A stretch of DNA of 64,000 nt from Escherichia coli (GTDB taxonomy: Bacteria; Pseudomonadota; Gammaproteobacteria; Enterobacterales; Enterobacteriaceae): the NCBI RefSeq assembly GCF_003790525.1, contig NZ_CP033635.1. The stretch is one strand, 5' to 3'. A program made the translations under genes and the position numbers. Below, one piece after another: positions 1-12,155 of the stretch. Positions within the stretch are counted from its first letter, which is position 1; every line of letters starts with the position of its first letter. The notes beneath the pieces are model-generated. The model was not told the DNA's origin, ran no database searches, and saw only the letters and a list, made by a program, of their open reading frames with translations.

Positions 1-715
1 GGCTAATTTGCGCCCCAGGCTGTACCGCGCGGCGGGAGACATAACCGGTCATCGGACTGACAATACGAGTACGCTCCAGCGCCAGCCAGGCGTTACGTAC
101 TTCGGTGGCAGCCTGTTGCACGGCAGGCTGATCTTCCAGTTTCGTCCCCAGAATCATCGCCTGATTTGCATTGTATTGTTGAATAGCGACGTCCAGTTGT
201 GCCTGGGCACTGGTAACGGCGTCGCGGGCGTGTTGCAGCTCTTCGCGACCAATCAGGTTGGCATTGCCCAGCGGCACACGGCGGTTGTAGTCGCTTTGTG
301 CTTTCGCGAGTGCGATTTTTTGCACCTCAATATTCGCCTGCAACTGTTTGCTGTTAATCATCAGCTGGTGGGTTTGGCGAACGCTGGAAGCCAGTGCAGT
401 TTTGGCTTTTTCAAACGCCTGGCGAGCATCTGTCGGGTCGAGAGTGACCAGCACGTCGCCTTCTTTTACAAAATCGGTGTTATCGGCCCAGACTTTCGTC
501 ACGCTGCCAGACACCTGAGACATAATTTGAATCTGATTCCCTGCCACGTATGCATCATCGGTTTCTTCGAAATGACGCAGTACTAAAAACCAATAAATCC
601 CTATCGCTACGGCAATAATTATAAAGAGCAAGGTGAGAAGGAGGAGCAGACGCTTACGTTTGCCGCTCTTCTTTACCGGTTGCTGCGGGGTTTGAGTCTC
701 CGCATTTGCGCTCAT
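1..715 (-). CDS. emrA: Multidrug efflux membrane fusion protein EmrA, N-terminal part (3' end runs off the window)
   Basis: Reverse-strand translation from ATG (complement of 713-715) reads MSANAETQTPQQPVKKSGKRKRLLLL...; the track's + strand ORF 8..586 is antisense to it. Confidence 0.9.
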   Translation of the reverse strand, partial: MSANAETQTPQQPVKKSGKRKRLLLLLTLLFIIIAVAIGIYWFLVLRHFEETDDAYVAGNQIQIMSQVSGSVTKVWADNTDFVKEGDVLVTLDPTDARQAFEKAKTALASSVRQTHQLMINSKQLQANIEVQKIALAKAQSDYNRRVPLGNANLIGREELQHARDAVTSAQAQLDVAIQQYNANQAMILGTKLEDQPAVQQAATEVRNAWLALERTRIVSPMTGYVSRRAVQPGAQIS

Positions 716-841
716 ATTGTTCTCCACGATCTTCTTAACTCATCGGCTGAGCCGACCTGCTTGCCAAAAAGGCCAGCATGTTGCGATGCTGGCCAGTCAT
801 TTTTTCTTTTATAAATCTGGATTTTTGAGCGAGATGACGCG

Positions 842-1372
842 TTAGCTCATCGCTTCGAGAACCACACCGTCTTGTTCCATCTGGTCGAGACGGGAGAGCA
901 ATTTGCGGGTGATTTGCTCGAGCTGATCTTTTTCTGTTGTGCTGAGCGCGGACCAGAGTTGATGCAGGCAGTTATGCTGCGGTGGTAAAACCTCGCGCAA
1001 AAACTCGTGACCTTTTTCCGTTAATTGCAGATGCAGGCAGCGGCGATCGTTATCGCTTTCACGACGTTCGATCCAACCGCGTTTTTCCAGTTCATCGGCA
1101 ATACGCGTCGCGTTGGTACGGGATGATCCAAGAGCACAACTCAATTCAGAAGGCTGAATACTGTGGTTTTCCTGAGACTCCAGCGTAATCAACGCCATAA
1201 ACAACGTCTCGTTAATCCCCTGAGCCTTCAGCATTTTATTGCGGTTTTCCAGCAGCTTGCTTTGCATATGCATGCAAAGACGGGTCAGAAGGATCTCCTG
1301 ATAAGGAAAATCTTCGTGGCGGCTGGCGCGAAATTTTAGCATTTGTTCAATGGGCGTAAACGAACTATCCAT
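842..1372 (-). CDS. mprA: MarR-family transcriptional repressor MprA (EmrR)
   Basis: 176-aa [25 protein letters not shown]...; immediately upstream of emrA on the same strand. Confidence 0.93.
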
Positions 1373-1462
1373 TTGGGTATGACCTCATTAATTTCAGCCG
1401 ATATAGTAACGACAGTGACAAATAAAGTAAATGTATTGTTTTAGAAAAATGATTCTTGTGGG

Positions 1463-1798
1463 TTATATAATCGCCATCACTTTCCAGGCTAGCCCATAGG
1501 CCAGCGCACTAAGCAGTGTTGGGATGATAATGCTGCGTGTTTTATAGAAACTGGCACCCAGTACCGCGAAGCCGACCAGCGTGGGCACGAAACGGCGTGT
1601 ATCGTGCATCACTTCTGGTGCGGTAGAGACAACCAGCAGAGCGCATATCGAGGCGATGCCAATGGTGTCGAGCAAAATGCCTATCGCGCCACGTTTGGTT
1701 GGGCGGGCATTACCCACACGCAGGCGCAGCGGCAGATAGCGGAAGCAATAATTCGCCGCGCCAACCAGTAACCCAAGCAGCAGAACCTCATAGCTCAT
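1463..1798 (-). CDS. ygaH: Branched-chain amino acid (L-valine) exporter small subunit YgaH
   Basis: 111-aa hydrophobic ORF overlapping the ygaZ stop; AzlD-like. Confidence 0.85.
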   Translation of the reverse strand: MSYEVLLLGLLVGAANYCFRYLPLRLRVGNARPTKRGAIGILLDTIGIASICALLVVSTAPEVMHDTRRFVPTLVGFAVLGASFYKTRSIIIPTLLSALAYGLAWKVMAII

Positions 1799-2525
1799 CG
1801 GGCGCTCCTTGCCAGAATGCCTGGATTAACGCAGTGAGGCAGCCACAGACAATGCCTGCCAGAATGGCGACGGGAATAGAAAATAGCGTTACGCCTGCAA
1901 GGGCACCAACTAACGCTGCGGTAACGCAAAGAGATTGTTTGCGCTGGAAAGAGGCGAGCAGGAAACTCATAAAGAGTGCCGGAAGCATAAAACCTAATGC
2001 TGCTTCAACGGCGGGATATCCTTGCAGCAAGCCGCTGCCGGAGAATGCCCCTATTACCGTACCAAATACCCACGATGACCATGAACTGAAGGCAATGCCG
2101 ATCATCCAGTTTTCGCTCCAGCGGCGATTATTGCGTACCAGTTTTGCGGTTGCGGCGGCAAAAACCTCATCCGTCAGGCCAAACGCCCACAGGGCGGTTT
2201 TCGATTTTTGCAGACGCTGAATAATACGGCTACGCAGTGACGGGCCATACAAAACATGGCGAACATCCATTGCCATGACGGTCAGTGCAGCAACCCACAA
2301 ACTACTCCCGGCTGCCAGCATCGCGGTAATGACGAACTGGCTCGCGCCTGCATAAATGATGCAGGAGAAAAAAACGCTTTCGAGAGGAGAGAATCCCAGA
2401 CGGGTCGCATTCAGACCGAACGCAAAGGCCACCGGAATATAACTAATAACAATCGGTAAACTGTCTTTGCATCCTTCCATGAAGGTCGCCGAACCAGGAG
2501 CAGGCTGTGGAGTAGGGCTTTCCAT
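1788..2525 (-). CDS. ygaZ: Branched-chain amino acid exporter large subunit YgaZ (AzlC family)
   Basis: 245-aa membrane ORF translationally coupled to ygaH. Confidence 0.85.
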   Translation of the reverse strand: MESPTPQPAPGSATFMEGCKDSLPIVISYIPVAFAFGLNATRLGFSPLESVFFSCIIYAGASQFVITAMLAAGSSLWVAALTVMAMDVRHVLYGPSLRSRIIQRLQKSKTALWAFGLTDEVFAAATAKLVRNNRRWSENWMIGIAFSSWSSWVFGTVIGAFSGSGLLQGYPAVEAALGFMLPALFMSFLLASFQRKQSLCVTAALVGALAGVTLFSIPVAILAGIVCGCLTALIQAFWQGAPDEL

Positions 2526-2648
2526 AGAGTGTACGCTTAACGATTGTTAATATTATAAATAGACTGAATGAATATCTTAACCTTATCAGACTGATGGGCT
2601 TCTTAACACCCTTATAAGTGTAAAGCCACGAAAACGGTTGCTGATTGC

Positions 2649-3833
2649 TTAATTTGCGGCTTCCTGACGATGAAAACCTCGCCACCAGACCAGTAAGTTA
2701 ACCAGGGCAATCGTCGCGCCAGCCAGACAAACGCCAGCCCAACCGCCATGTTGCCAGGCTGAGGCTGAAATTAGCGAACCGGCGGCACCGCCAATAAAGT
2801 AGCTGGTCATGTAACCTGCGGTCAGGCGATTACGCGCATCAGGGTGTATTCGATAAATTACCGTCTGGTTAGTGATATGCACGCCCTGCACGGTGAGGTC
2901 CAGCACCAGGATGCCGATAACCAGCGCCAGTACAGAAGTGTGTCCAAACCAGATAGCCAGCCATGAAAGTAACAGCAGCAGCAGGCCGAAAGTTGTGGTG
3001 AGGTGTGATTTGCCCTTATCGGCAAAACCGCCCGCCGGACGAGCGCCTAACGCCCCGGCAGCTCCTGCAAGTCCGAACAGACCAATTACGCCATCGCTGT
3101 AGTTAAAAGGTGGAGCGGCAAGCAAAAAGGCCATTGAGGTCCAGAGAATGCTGAAGTTGGCAAAGGTCAGGCAGCCCAGCAACGCGCGGGTGCGCAGGAT
3201 TTTATCGCTGATAAACATGCTGAAAACAGAACCTAGCAACTGTGGGTAGTTGAGGTGGGTTTCTGATTTCATTTGTGGCAGACCACGCCATAACGCCAGC
3301 GCCATCAGTGCCATTAATACCGAAGCGACCCAAAAGACAGTTCGCCAGCCACCGAGACTCGCCAGCAATCCGGCAACGGTCCGTGCCAGCAAGATCCCCA
3401 ACAGCAGCCCGCTCATAATGGTGCCGACCACTTTGCCGCGTTTGTCCGGTGAAGCCAGCGTCGCTGCCAGCGGAACCAGAATTTGTGCCACGACTGAGAA
3501 TAAACCGGTTAATGCCGTACCGAGGATCATCATCGCCAGCGACTGACTGCTGGCGGTAATCAACATACCGCCCGCTGCCAGTAAGGTCATCGAGACAATC
3601 AGGCGGCGGCGTTCAAACATATCACCGAGGGGAACAAGAAACAGCAGACCTGCGGCATAGCCCAACTGCGCGGCGGTAACAATAAAGCCCGCCGAACTGG
3701 CGGAAAGGGAAAAGTTACGCGCGATGGTGTCGAGTAATGGCTGGGCGTAATAGTTACTGGCTACCGCCAGACCGGTGGCGATAGACATCAGCACGATCAG
3801 TGCCGGGCTAAGCTCATGATTAGGTTTAGTCAT
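2649..3833 (-). CDS. ygaY: MFS transporter YgaY, uninterrupted
   Basis: 394-aa ORF with multiple hydrophobic helices, MTKPNHELSPALIVLMSIATGLAV... Confidence 0.8.
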   Translation of the reverse strand: MTKPNHELSPALIVLMSIATGLAVASNYYAQPLLDTIARNFSLSASSAGFIVTAAQLGYAAGLLFLVPLGDMFERRRLIVSMTLLAAGGMLITASSQSLAMMILGTALTGLFSVVAQILVPLAATLASPDKRGKVVGTIMSGLLLGILLARTVAGLLASLGGWRTVFWVASVLMALMALALWRGLPQMKSETHLNYPQLLGSVFSMFISDKILRTRALLGCLTFANFSILWTSMAFLLAAPPFNYSDGVIGLFGLAGAAGALGARPAGGFADKGKSHLTTTFGLLLLLLSWLAIWFGHTSVLALVIGILVLDLTVQGVHITNQTVIYRIHPDARNRLTAGYMTSYFIGGAAGSLISASAWQHGGWAGVCLAGATIALVNLLVWWRGFHRQEAAN

Positions 3834-3934
3834 TATTTTTGTTCATCAGGTGATGATTAAGCTGGAAATCAATAATAGCGGATGTTGATGAATATGGGAT
3901 GAAAGATAGATTGTTGAAATGTGCGGTGTGGTTT

Positions 3935-4018
3935 GTAGGTATGATAAGACGCACCAGCGTCGCATCAGGCATTGTGTACAGAGCGGCGGATGAGGCAAAA
4001 ACGCCTTATCCGCCCGAA
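3935..4018. repeat. REP/BIME element cluster between ygaY and proX
   Basis: Sequence gtaggtatgataagacgcaccagcgtcgcatcaggc ... ggcggatgaggcaaaaacgccttatccgcccgaat matches the E. coli REP palindrome family. Confidence 0.7.
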
Positions 4019-4024
4019 TAAAAA

Positions 4025-5017
4025 TTACTTCTGCGCTGCCAGCGCTTCATTCACCCAGCCATCGAACTGCTGCTGGTGGGCTTTGATCCAACCATCAACG
4101 TGGCCCTGAATATCGCCTTCTGAGGCTTTGCCGTCATGCATAATGGCGTTCTGGGCGTTAATATCTGCCACTGGTAACTGCATAATGGCAAACAGTTTCG
4201 CTGCTGCCGGGTTTTTCTCAGCCCAGGCTTTGTTGGCAACGATATGCATGGTACTGACCGGGAAGCCGTAATTCGCGCCATTCGGCAGTTTGGTATCGGC
4301 ATTTTTATCGCCCGGCAGTGCGGAGAACGGCACCTGCAACCAGACCACATCTTTCCCCGGTTTCAGTTCGTTACTCACCCAGTACGGCGTCCAGGTGTAG
4401 TAAAACACCGGCTTACCCTCTTTGTAACGACTGATGGTGTCAGCCATCATCGCTGCGTAGTTCCCCTGATTATGCGTCACGGTATTGGTCAGTCCATACG
4501 CGGCAAGCTGGTGGTTGATCGCACCTTCGCAGCCCCAGCCTGGGTTACAGCCGGTTAAATCCGCTTTACCGTCGCCGTTGGTATCGAACAGTTTGGCGAT
4601 CTTCGGATCTTTAAGTTGCGCGATGTTGGTAATTTTATACTGGTCGGCGGTTTTCTTATCGATCAGGTAACCCTGTGCCGCGCCGTTAACAAATACTCCT
4701 TCACGATAAAATTTCTTATCGCCACCGGCAGCTTCATACATGTTGTCATGCAGCGGCGTCCAGTTCACGGCGGTGAAGGTTGCATCGCCGGAAGCAAGTG
4801 AGGTGTAGCCAACGTTGTAATCCACTTCGCTGGGTTTATTGACGGTATAACCTAATTTCTCCAGTGCACGACTGACCAGCAGCGTCTGGAAGGTTTCTTC
4901 AGTGATGGTACTCTGAACTGGATTAACAGTAATGCCTTTGCCCGGCAGATCGGCAGCAAAAGTTTGTGTAGAGATAAGCGTGGCAAACGCTGTCGCAAAA
5001 AGTACGCTATGTCGCAT
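4025..5017 (-). CDS. proX: Glycine betaine/proline betaine periplasmic binding protein ProX
   Basis: ORF with signal peptide [21 protein letters not shown]; start placed at the internal ATG that has a Shine-Dalgarno, not the track's upstream extension. Confidence 0.92.
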   Translation of the reverse strand: MRHSVLFATAFATLISTQTFAADLPGKGITVNPVQSTITEETFQTLLVSRALEKLGYTVNKPSEVDYNVGYTSLASGDATFTAVNWTPLHDNMYEAAGGDKKFYREGVFVNGAAQGYLIDKKTADQYKITNIAQLKDPKIAKLFDTNGDGKADLTGCNPGWGCEGAINHQLAAYGLTNTVTHNQGNYAAMMADTISRYKEGKPVFYYTWTPYWVSNELKPGKDVVWLQVPFSALPGDKNADTKLPNGANYGFPVSTMHIVANKAWAEKNPAAAKLFAIMQLPVADINAQNAIMHDGKASEGDIQGHVDGWIKAHQQQFDGWVNEALAAQK

Positions 5018-5074
5018 TGTTATTCCTTTTTTTGGCAGGGTGATAATGCCCGGCGTCACCGGGCAAGTGCAGAG

Positions 5075-6139
5075 TTACTTAATGAATGGGCGGGTCAGCA
5101 GACCGACAGGGCCAGTGGTGTACCAGCGACGGTTGCCGCGACTGCGTGAGTCGCGCCCAACGGCCTGCGTCAGGCGGTCGAGGATAATGGCGAGGATCAC
5201 AATCCCGACGCCGCCAACGGTGGCAAGCCCCATATCCAGACGACCGATACCGCGAAGTACCATCTGACCCAGCCCGCCGACGGCAATCATCGAGGCGATG
5301 ACCACCATAGAAAGGGCCAGCATCAGCGTCTGGTTAACGCCCGCCATAATGGTTGGCATCGCCAGTGGTAACTGAACTTTGAACAGCATCTGGCGCGGGC
5401 TGGCACCGAATGAGCGCGAGGCTTCAATCAGATCCGCCGGAACCTGGTTAATTCCCAGAATCGTCAGACGGATAATCGGCGGCAGCGCAAAGATGATTGT
5501 CACCACCACGCCCGGCACGTTACCGATACCAAACAGCATGACGATTGGCACCAGATAAACAAACGCGGGCGTGGTCTGCATGGCATCAAGCAGTGGACGA
5601 ATAATTTTCGCCGCTCGCGGACTTCTCGCCAGCCAGATCCCCAACGGCAAACCTATGACGATACAGAACAGCAGGGCGGTTAACACCAGCGCCAGGGTAA
5701 CCATGGCCTGCGACCAGGCACCGATTGCGCCGATGGCAATCAGCGAAACCAGCGTCGCCACGCCCATTCCGACCCCGGAAATCTGCCAGGCGATGAGAGC
5801 GAAAACGATAATCGCCACCGGCGCGGGCATACCCAGCAGCAATTGCTGGAAACCGTTGAGGATGTAATCAACCGGAAGGCGCACGCCCTGAAAGACGGGA
5901 CGAAAATGGGTAACGACCCAGTCGATCCCTTCAGTGACCCAACTGTCGAGCGGGATTAGCGTTTTATGGAACGGATCGAGAATATTAAAATGCTCGACGT
6001 TTGGCGCAGGCGTACTGGTCAGCCAGTCAGCGCCACCGCCGTCAGTCGGTGCAGTCGCCGGTGTACCCCAGGCGTCTGCGGATTGTGCAGCACTGTCCGC
6101 CGCTGGCGTGGTATCCCACGGATTATTTTGATCAGCCAT
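5075..6139 (-). CDS. proW: Glycine betaine/proline ABC transporter permease ProW
   Basis: 354-aa membrane ORF; proVWX operon order. Confidence 0.93.
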   Translation of the reverse strand: MADQNNPWDTTPAADSAAQSADAWGTPATAPTDGGGADWLTSTPAPNVEHFNILDPFHKTLIPLDSWVTEGIDWVVTHFRPVFQGVRLPVDYILNGFQQLLLGMPAPVAIIVFALIAWQISGVGMGVATLVSLIAIGAIGAWSQAMVTLALVLTALLFCIVIGLPLGIWLARSPRAAKIIRPLLDAMQTTPAFVYLVPIVMLFGIGNVPGVVVTIIFALPPIIRLTILGINQVPADLIEASRSFGASPRQMLFKVQLPLAMPTIMAGVNQTLMLALSMVVIASMIAVGGLGQMVLRGIGRLDMGLATVGGVGIVILAIILDRLTQAVGRDSRSRGNRRWYTTGPVGLLTRPFIK

Positions 6140-7334
6140 TATTTACCCCCTCACGATCTAAAGCGCGCAGCAGCATTCCTTTCGAAATAATGCCGACATA
6201 CTGTTGGTCCTCGTCGACCACGGGCACCGCACAGGGTGCCTGTCCGACATGAGAGAGCAACTCGCTAAGAGGCGTTTGTGCATCGACCGCTAACGGCGCA
6301 TCAATCAGCGCCGCATCAAGACCTTGCTGCTGCGTTAACGCGGTTTTAAGCGAATCGATAGACACTGCGCCGACAAACTTATTACCACGTTCGATGACGT
6401 AGCCATATTCGCGATCTTCATCCTGCAATAATTTCAGTGCCGAACGCGGGCCGAAGCCGGGGGTTTTACGAATTAAGCCGTTCGGTGTCCGGCGAGCAAT
6501 ATCTTTCGCACTGAATACCTGACTAATATCGACGCCACGGAAGAAGGTACGGACATAATCATTCGCCGGATTATTAAGAATTTCATCCGGTGTACCAACC
6601 TGCACCACTTCACCATTTTGCATAATGGCAATTCGGTCACCAATACGCATAGCTTCATCGAGATCGTGGGAAATAAAGACAATGGTGCGCTGATGTTTCG
6701 CCTGTAATTTTACCAGCTCATCCTGCATCTCGGTGCGAATTAATGGATCGAGCGCCGAGAAGGCTTCGTCCATTAATAATATATCCGGATTAATCGCTAA
6801 CGCGCGGGCTAATCCCACACGTTGACGCATCCCGCCAGAGAGTTCATCCGGGTAGCTGTGGGCATAATTTTCCAGCCCGACCTGACGCAGTGCATCAAGG
6901 GCTTTTTCCCGGCGTCCTTCGGCATTAATTCCGGCCAGTTCCATACCGAACGCAGTATTGTCCAGCACGGTCATATGCGGCATTAAGGCAAAGGACTGGA
7001 ATACCATCGCAATCTTTTTTCTGCGCACCTCACGGAGTTCGGCGTCGGATATTTTGGCAATATCCACACCATCAATCAGCACTTGCCCGCGGGTGGGTTC
7101 AATCAGGCGATTGAGAAGGCGTACCATTGTGGATTTACCCGAACCGGATAATCCCATGATGACAAATATCTCGCCTTCTTCAATGGCCAGACTGGCGTCT
7201 TTTACGCCAAGCGATAGCCCAGTTTTTTCAAGAATTTGTTCTTTTGAAAGTCCTTGTTCGATATATTTGAAAGCTCGCTGTGGATGCTCACCAAATATTT
7301 TATAAAGATTTTTAATTTCTAATTTAATTGCCAT
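6132..7334 (-). CDS. proV: Glycine betaine/proline ABC transporter ATPase ProV
   Basis: 400-aa ORF with Walker A (GLSGSGKST), ABC signature ([15 protein letters not shown]) and C-terminal CBS region. Confidence 0.95.
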   Translation of the reverse strand: MAIKLEIKNLYKIFGEHPQRAFKYIEQGLSKEQILEKTGLSLGVKDASLAIEEGEIFVIMGLSGSGKSTMVRLLNRLIEPTRGQVLIDGVDIAKISDAELREVRRKKIAMVFQSFALMPHMTVLDNTAFGMELAGINAEGRREKALDALRQVGLENYAHSYPDELSGGMRQRVGLARALAINPDILLMDEAFSALDPLIRTEMQDELVKLQAKHQRTIVFISHDLDEAMRIGDRIAIMQNGEVVQVGTPDEILNNPANDYVRTFFRGVDISQVFSAKDIARRTPNGLIRKTPGFGPRSALKLLQDEDREYGYVIERGNKFVGAVSIDSLKTALTQQQGLDAALIDAPLAVDAQTPLSELLSHVGQAPCAVPVVDEDQQYVGIISKGMLLRALDREGVNNG

Positions 7335-7689
7335 GCAATAGAAAGATTCCTGTTATTTGTTTATGTCGATACATTACCCAATGGAAATAGTCACTTTTTT
7401 CTACCCTAACATACTGAGAATCTGAGGCAACCCCTGATGGCAAATGTGGCATGAATATTGATGTGAGCAAATCGCCGGAATTTCCCATGATATAAGGGCT
7501 GAGAGCAAATCGAGAAAAGTTGATATTTTTTATCAAAGATAGCAAAAAAACGCCTGAATATTGTGGTTTCAGGCGAATAATGCAACAGAGTATCAGTGTA
7601 GATCACCACAAATTATTTGCGTGATATAAAGCTATTTGGCGGGAATTATTTCCCTGCAGCGGGTAGTGATATTTTTGAAAATAACCCCC

Positions 7690-8658
<969 letters not shown>

Positions 8659-10803
8659 TTAAAGTGCACAGGAGACGCAGCCTTCAATTTCAGTGCCTTC
8701 CAGCGCCATCTGACGCAGGCGAATGTAATAGAGCGTTTTGATACCCTTGCGCCAGGCGTAAATCTGCGCTTTGTTGATATCGCGAGTGGTGGCGGTATCG
8801 GGGAAAAACAGCGTCAGCGACAGCCCCTGATCGACATGGCGAGTCGCTTCCGCGTAGGTGTCGATGATCTTTTCTGCGCCGATTTCGTAAGCGTCCTGAT
8901 ACAGCGCCAGATTTTCGTTAGTCATAAACGGGGCAGGGTAGTAAACGCGTCCTGTTTTGCCCTCTTTGCGTATCTCTACTTTCGCCACAATCGGATGAAT
9001 ACTCGACGTGGCATGGTTGATATAAGAGATAGAACCGGTTGGGGGCACCGCCTGGAGATTCTGGTTGTATATGCCATAGCACATCACGTCGTCGCGCAGC
9101 TGCGCCCACATCTCACGGGTAGGTAACGTAACACCACTACGGGCAAACAGTTCGCCAACTTTCGCCGTTTTCGGCTGCCAGTTACTTTGCAGATATTGGC
9201 TGAAATATTCACCACTGGCATAGCGTGACTGTTTGAACCCGGCGAAGGTTTCACCGCGTTCGCGCGCCAGCAACATCGAGGTACGCAGTGCGTGCCAGGT
9301 GATGGTATAGAAATAGAGATTGGTGAAATCCAGTGCTTCCGGCGAACCATAAGCGATGCCTTCTCGCGCCAGATAACCGTGTAAATTCATCTGCCCCAGA
9401 CCGATGGCGTGTGAGGCGGCATTTCCGGCTTCGATGGACGGCACACTGCGGATATGACTCATATCTGACACCGCCGTTAAACCGCGTACGGCAGTCTCTA
9501 CCGTGCGGGCAAAGTCGGGGGAATCCATGGTGTGGGCAATATTCAACGAACCTAAATTGCAGGAAATATCATGGCCTGTACGGGCATAGTCGAGATTCTC
9601 GTCATAATCTGAGGCGCTGTTAACCTGCAAAATTTCTGAGCAGAGATTGCTCATATTTATGCGCCCGGCGATAGGGTTAGCACGGTTAACCGTGTCTTCA
9701 TACATGATGTACGGATAGCCAGACTCAAACTGGATCTCTGCCAGTCGCTGGAAGAAATCACGGGCGTTGAGGTATTTTTTGCGAATGCGTTCATCGGCAA
9801 CCAGTTCGTCATAGTGTTCACTGATGGCGACATCGGCAAACGGCTTGCCATAAACCCGCTCAACGTCATAGGGCGAAAACAGCGCCATCTGCGCATTCTC
9901 TTTCGCCAGATGGAAAGTGATATCCGGGATCACCACGCCCAGCGACAGTGTTTTAATGCGGATTTTTTCGTCGGCATTTTCCCGTTTTGTATCGAGAAAA
10001 CGCAGAATATCGGGATGATGAGCATGTAAATAGACTGCCCCAGCCCCCTGACGCGCGCCGAGTTGGTTGGCATAGGAAAATGCGTCTTCCAGCATTTTCA
10101 TCACCGGAATCACGCCAGAAGATTGATTTTCAATACGTTTAATTGGCGCGCCCGCTTCCCGCAGATTCGACAGCAAAAATGCTACGCCGCCGCCGCGTTT
10201 CGACAGTTGTAGTGCGGAATTTACTGCCCGGCCAATCGACTCCATATTGTCTTCAATACGCAGCAGAAAACAGGAAACCAGTTCGCCGCGCTGCTGCTTA
10301 CCGCAGTTGAGGAATGTTGGCGTGGCTGGCTGAAAGCGTCCTGACAGCATCTCATCAGTGAGCTGCGTCGCTAGTGTTTCATCGCCTTGTGCCAGCGTCA
10401 GCGCCACCATCGTGACGCGATCGGCAAAATCTTCCAGATAACGCTTACCGTCGAATGTCTTCAACGTATAGCTGGTGTAAAACTTCCATGCTCCGAGGAA
10501 TGTCTGGAAACGAAAACCGCTGGCGTGCGCGTGGGCAAACAGCGTAATGACAAAATCGCGAGAGTAGCGATTAAGGACGCTTTCATCATAGTAACCTTCG
10601 TTAACCAGCCAGTTCAGGCGCTGCTGCTGGCTACTGAAGGCCACACTGTTCGGACGCACATGCGTTGTCATAAAGGCGTCTACTGCCTGGCGATCTTTAT
10701 CGAACTGAATGCGACCTGCGCTATCGTAAAGGTTAAGCATCGCATTCAGAGCGTGATAATCCATCGTTTCCTGCGTCAGGCGTTCTGCGGTTGTCGTTGC
10801 CAA
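8659..10803 (-). CDS. nrdE: Class Ib ribonucleotide reductase alpha subunit NrdE
   Basis: 714-aa ORF with C-terminal cysteines (...CVSCAL). Confidence 0.95.
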
Positions 10804-11186
10804 AATTCGGTTACTCCTTTACGAACGTTTTCGATATCGCTTTGCGTACCCATGAGTTCAAAGCGGTACAGCCACGGCACGCCGCATTTCCGGGCAATCA
10901 CATCTCCGGCGCGGCCATATGCCTCACCAAAGTTGCGATTACCCGAAGCAATAACGCCGCGCAGCAACGCCCGGTTATGCTCGTCGTTTAAAAAGCGAAT
11001 GACCTGTCGTGGCACCGCGCCAGCCGTACCGCCGCCGCCGTAAGAGGGCACGATCAGGATGTAAGGCTCGTCTACCTGAATCCGTTCCCGCTCATTGAGC
11101 GGGATGCGCACCGCGGGCAGCCCTAAACGTTCGATAAAACGCTGCGTATTTTCGGAGCTGCTGGAAAAGTAGACGAGCTGGCTCAT
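10776..11186 (-). CDS. nrdI: Flavodoxin-like NrdI
   Basis: 136-aa ORF overlapping the nrdE start. Confidence 0.93.
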
Positions 11187-11428
11187 GCACTGGCCGCGTG
11201 TGGCGCTGGATGCAGACGATTGATCATGTCCGGGCGGAAACCAGACCAGCTAAGATCGCCTGCAATCACAACCGGCAACTGACGAAAGCCCTGAGCACGC
11301 AGCGCTTCTGCCGCTTCAGGAACGCGATCGACATTAATCATTTCAAAATCAAAGCCCCGGTTTTCCATCGCCCGTTTGGTGGCGTGGCACTGAACGCAAT
11401 CGTTACGAGTGTAAATAGTAATGCGCAT
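11183..11428 (-). CDS. nrdH: Glutaredoxin-like protein NrdH
   Basis: 81-aa ORF with CVQC redox motif; first gene of nrdHIEF. Confidence 0.93.
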
Positions 11429-11636
11429 GATTCGTATTTCCGTTTAAAATGAAGATACGGCGCGATGATACGCGTCGGGTTGTCTCTCTGTTGATACAGA
11501 GATACTAGATGTAGTTGAAAAAAGATTCAACCACACAAGATATGGGAATTTTAGATTGATTACGCCACCGATGAATGGCTCAACGGGGTAGGGGATTTTG
11601 TGTTTTTTTGCCGGGCGAATACCCGGCATCAAGAAG
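11429..11636 (-). promoter_or_regulatory. nrdHIEF promoter/operator region (candidate NrdR/Fur sites)
   Basis: About 200 bp upstream of the first operon gene; contains palindrome-like acagagatactagatgt and cacacaagatatggg resembling NrdR-box half-sites. Not computationally scored. Confidence 0.3.
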
Positions 11637-12068
11637 TTACATCCGCATGGAAACGGCCAGACGGTTAAAACAATTCATCAGCCCGATGGCAAACGTTAAG
11701 TCGCTGATCTCTGCTGCGCTGAAATGCTCAAGCAAAGGCTGATAAACCTCGTCTTCCGCATGGGTTCTGGCAATTTCGGTTACCGATTCCGCCCATGCCA
11801 GCGCCGCCCGCTCGCGTTCATCAAAATGATGGCTTACGCGCCAACCTGCCAGGGCGTCCAGTTTGTGCTGTGGCACGCCGGATTTGCGCAATGCTTTGCT
11901 GTGCATCTCCAGACAAAATGCGCAGCCGTTGATTTGCGAGACGCGCAAATAAACTAACTCCATCAACGTGGTATCCAGTGTGCTATTTTCCAGTGCCGTT
12001 TTGGCCTGCACTAGTGCGTTATACACTGCCGGGCTAAGTTCGTAGTAAGGCTGACGTAATGTAGTCAT
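11637..12068 (-). CDS. Carboxymuconolactone decarboxylase / AhpD-like family protein
   Basis: 143-aa ORF with GCAFCLEMH (CxxC...H) core typical of the AhpD/CMD fold; AGGAG Shine-Dalgarno upstream of ATG. Confidence 0.7.
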   Translation of the reverse strand: MTTLRQPYYELSPAVYNALVQAKTALENSTLDTTLMELVYLRVSQINGCAFCLEMHSKALRKSGVPQHKLDALAGWRVSHHFDERERAALAWAESVTEIARTHAEDEVYQPLLEHFSAAEISDLTFAIGLMNCFNRLAVSMRM

Positions 12069-12155
12069 ACAGTTTCTCCTCTTATTAACGCCCGCAATGT
12101 AGCACTATAATGGACTGCTAAAGAGAGCCATAAATTACCTAAAAAAGCAGACCAT

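Noticed and set aside
8-586. 192-aa + strand ORF at the start of the window
   Set aside because: It lies antisense to emrA, whose reverse-strand translation matches the known protein; antisense-ORF artefact.
1699-2220. 173-aa + strand ORF
   Set aside because: Antisense to ygaZ/ygaH; Pro/Ala/Arg-rich low-complexity translation typical of the reverse frame of a membrane protein gene.
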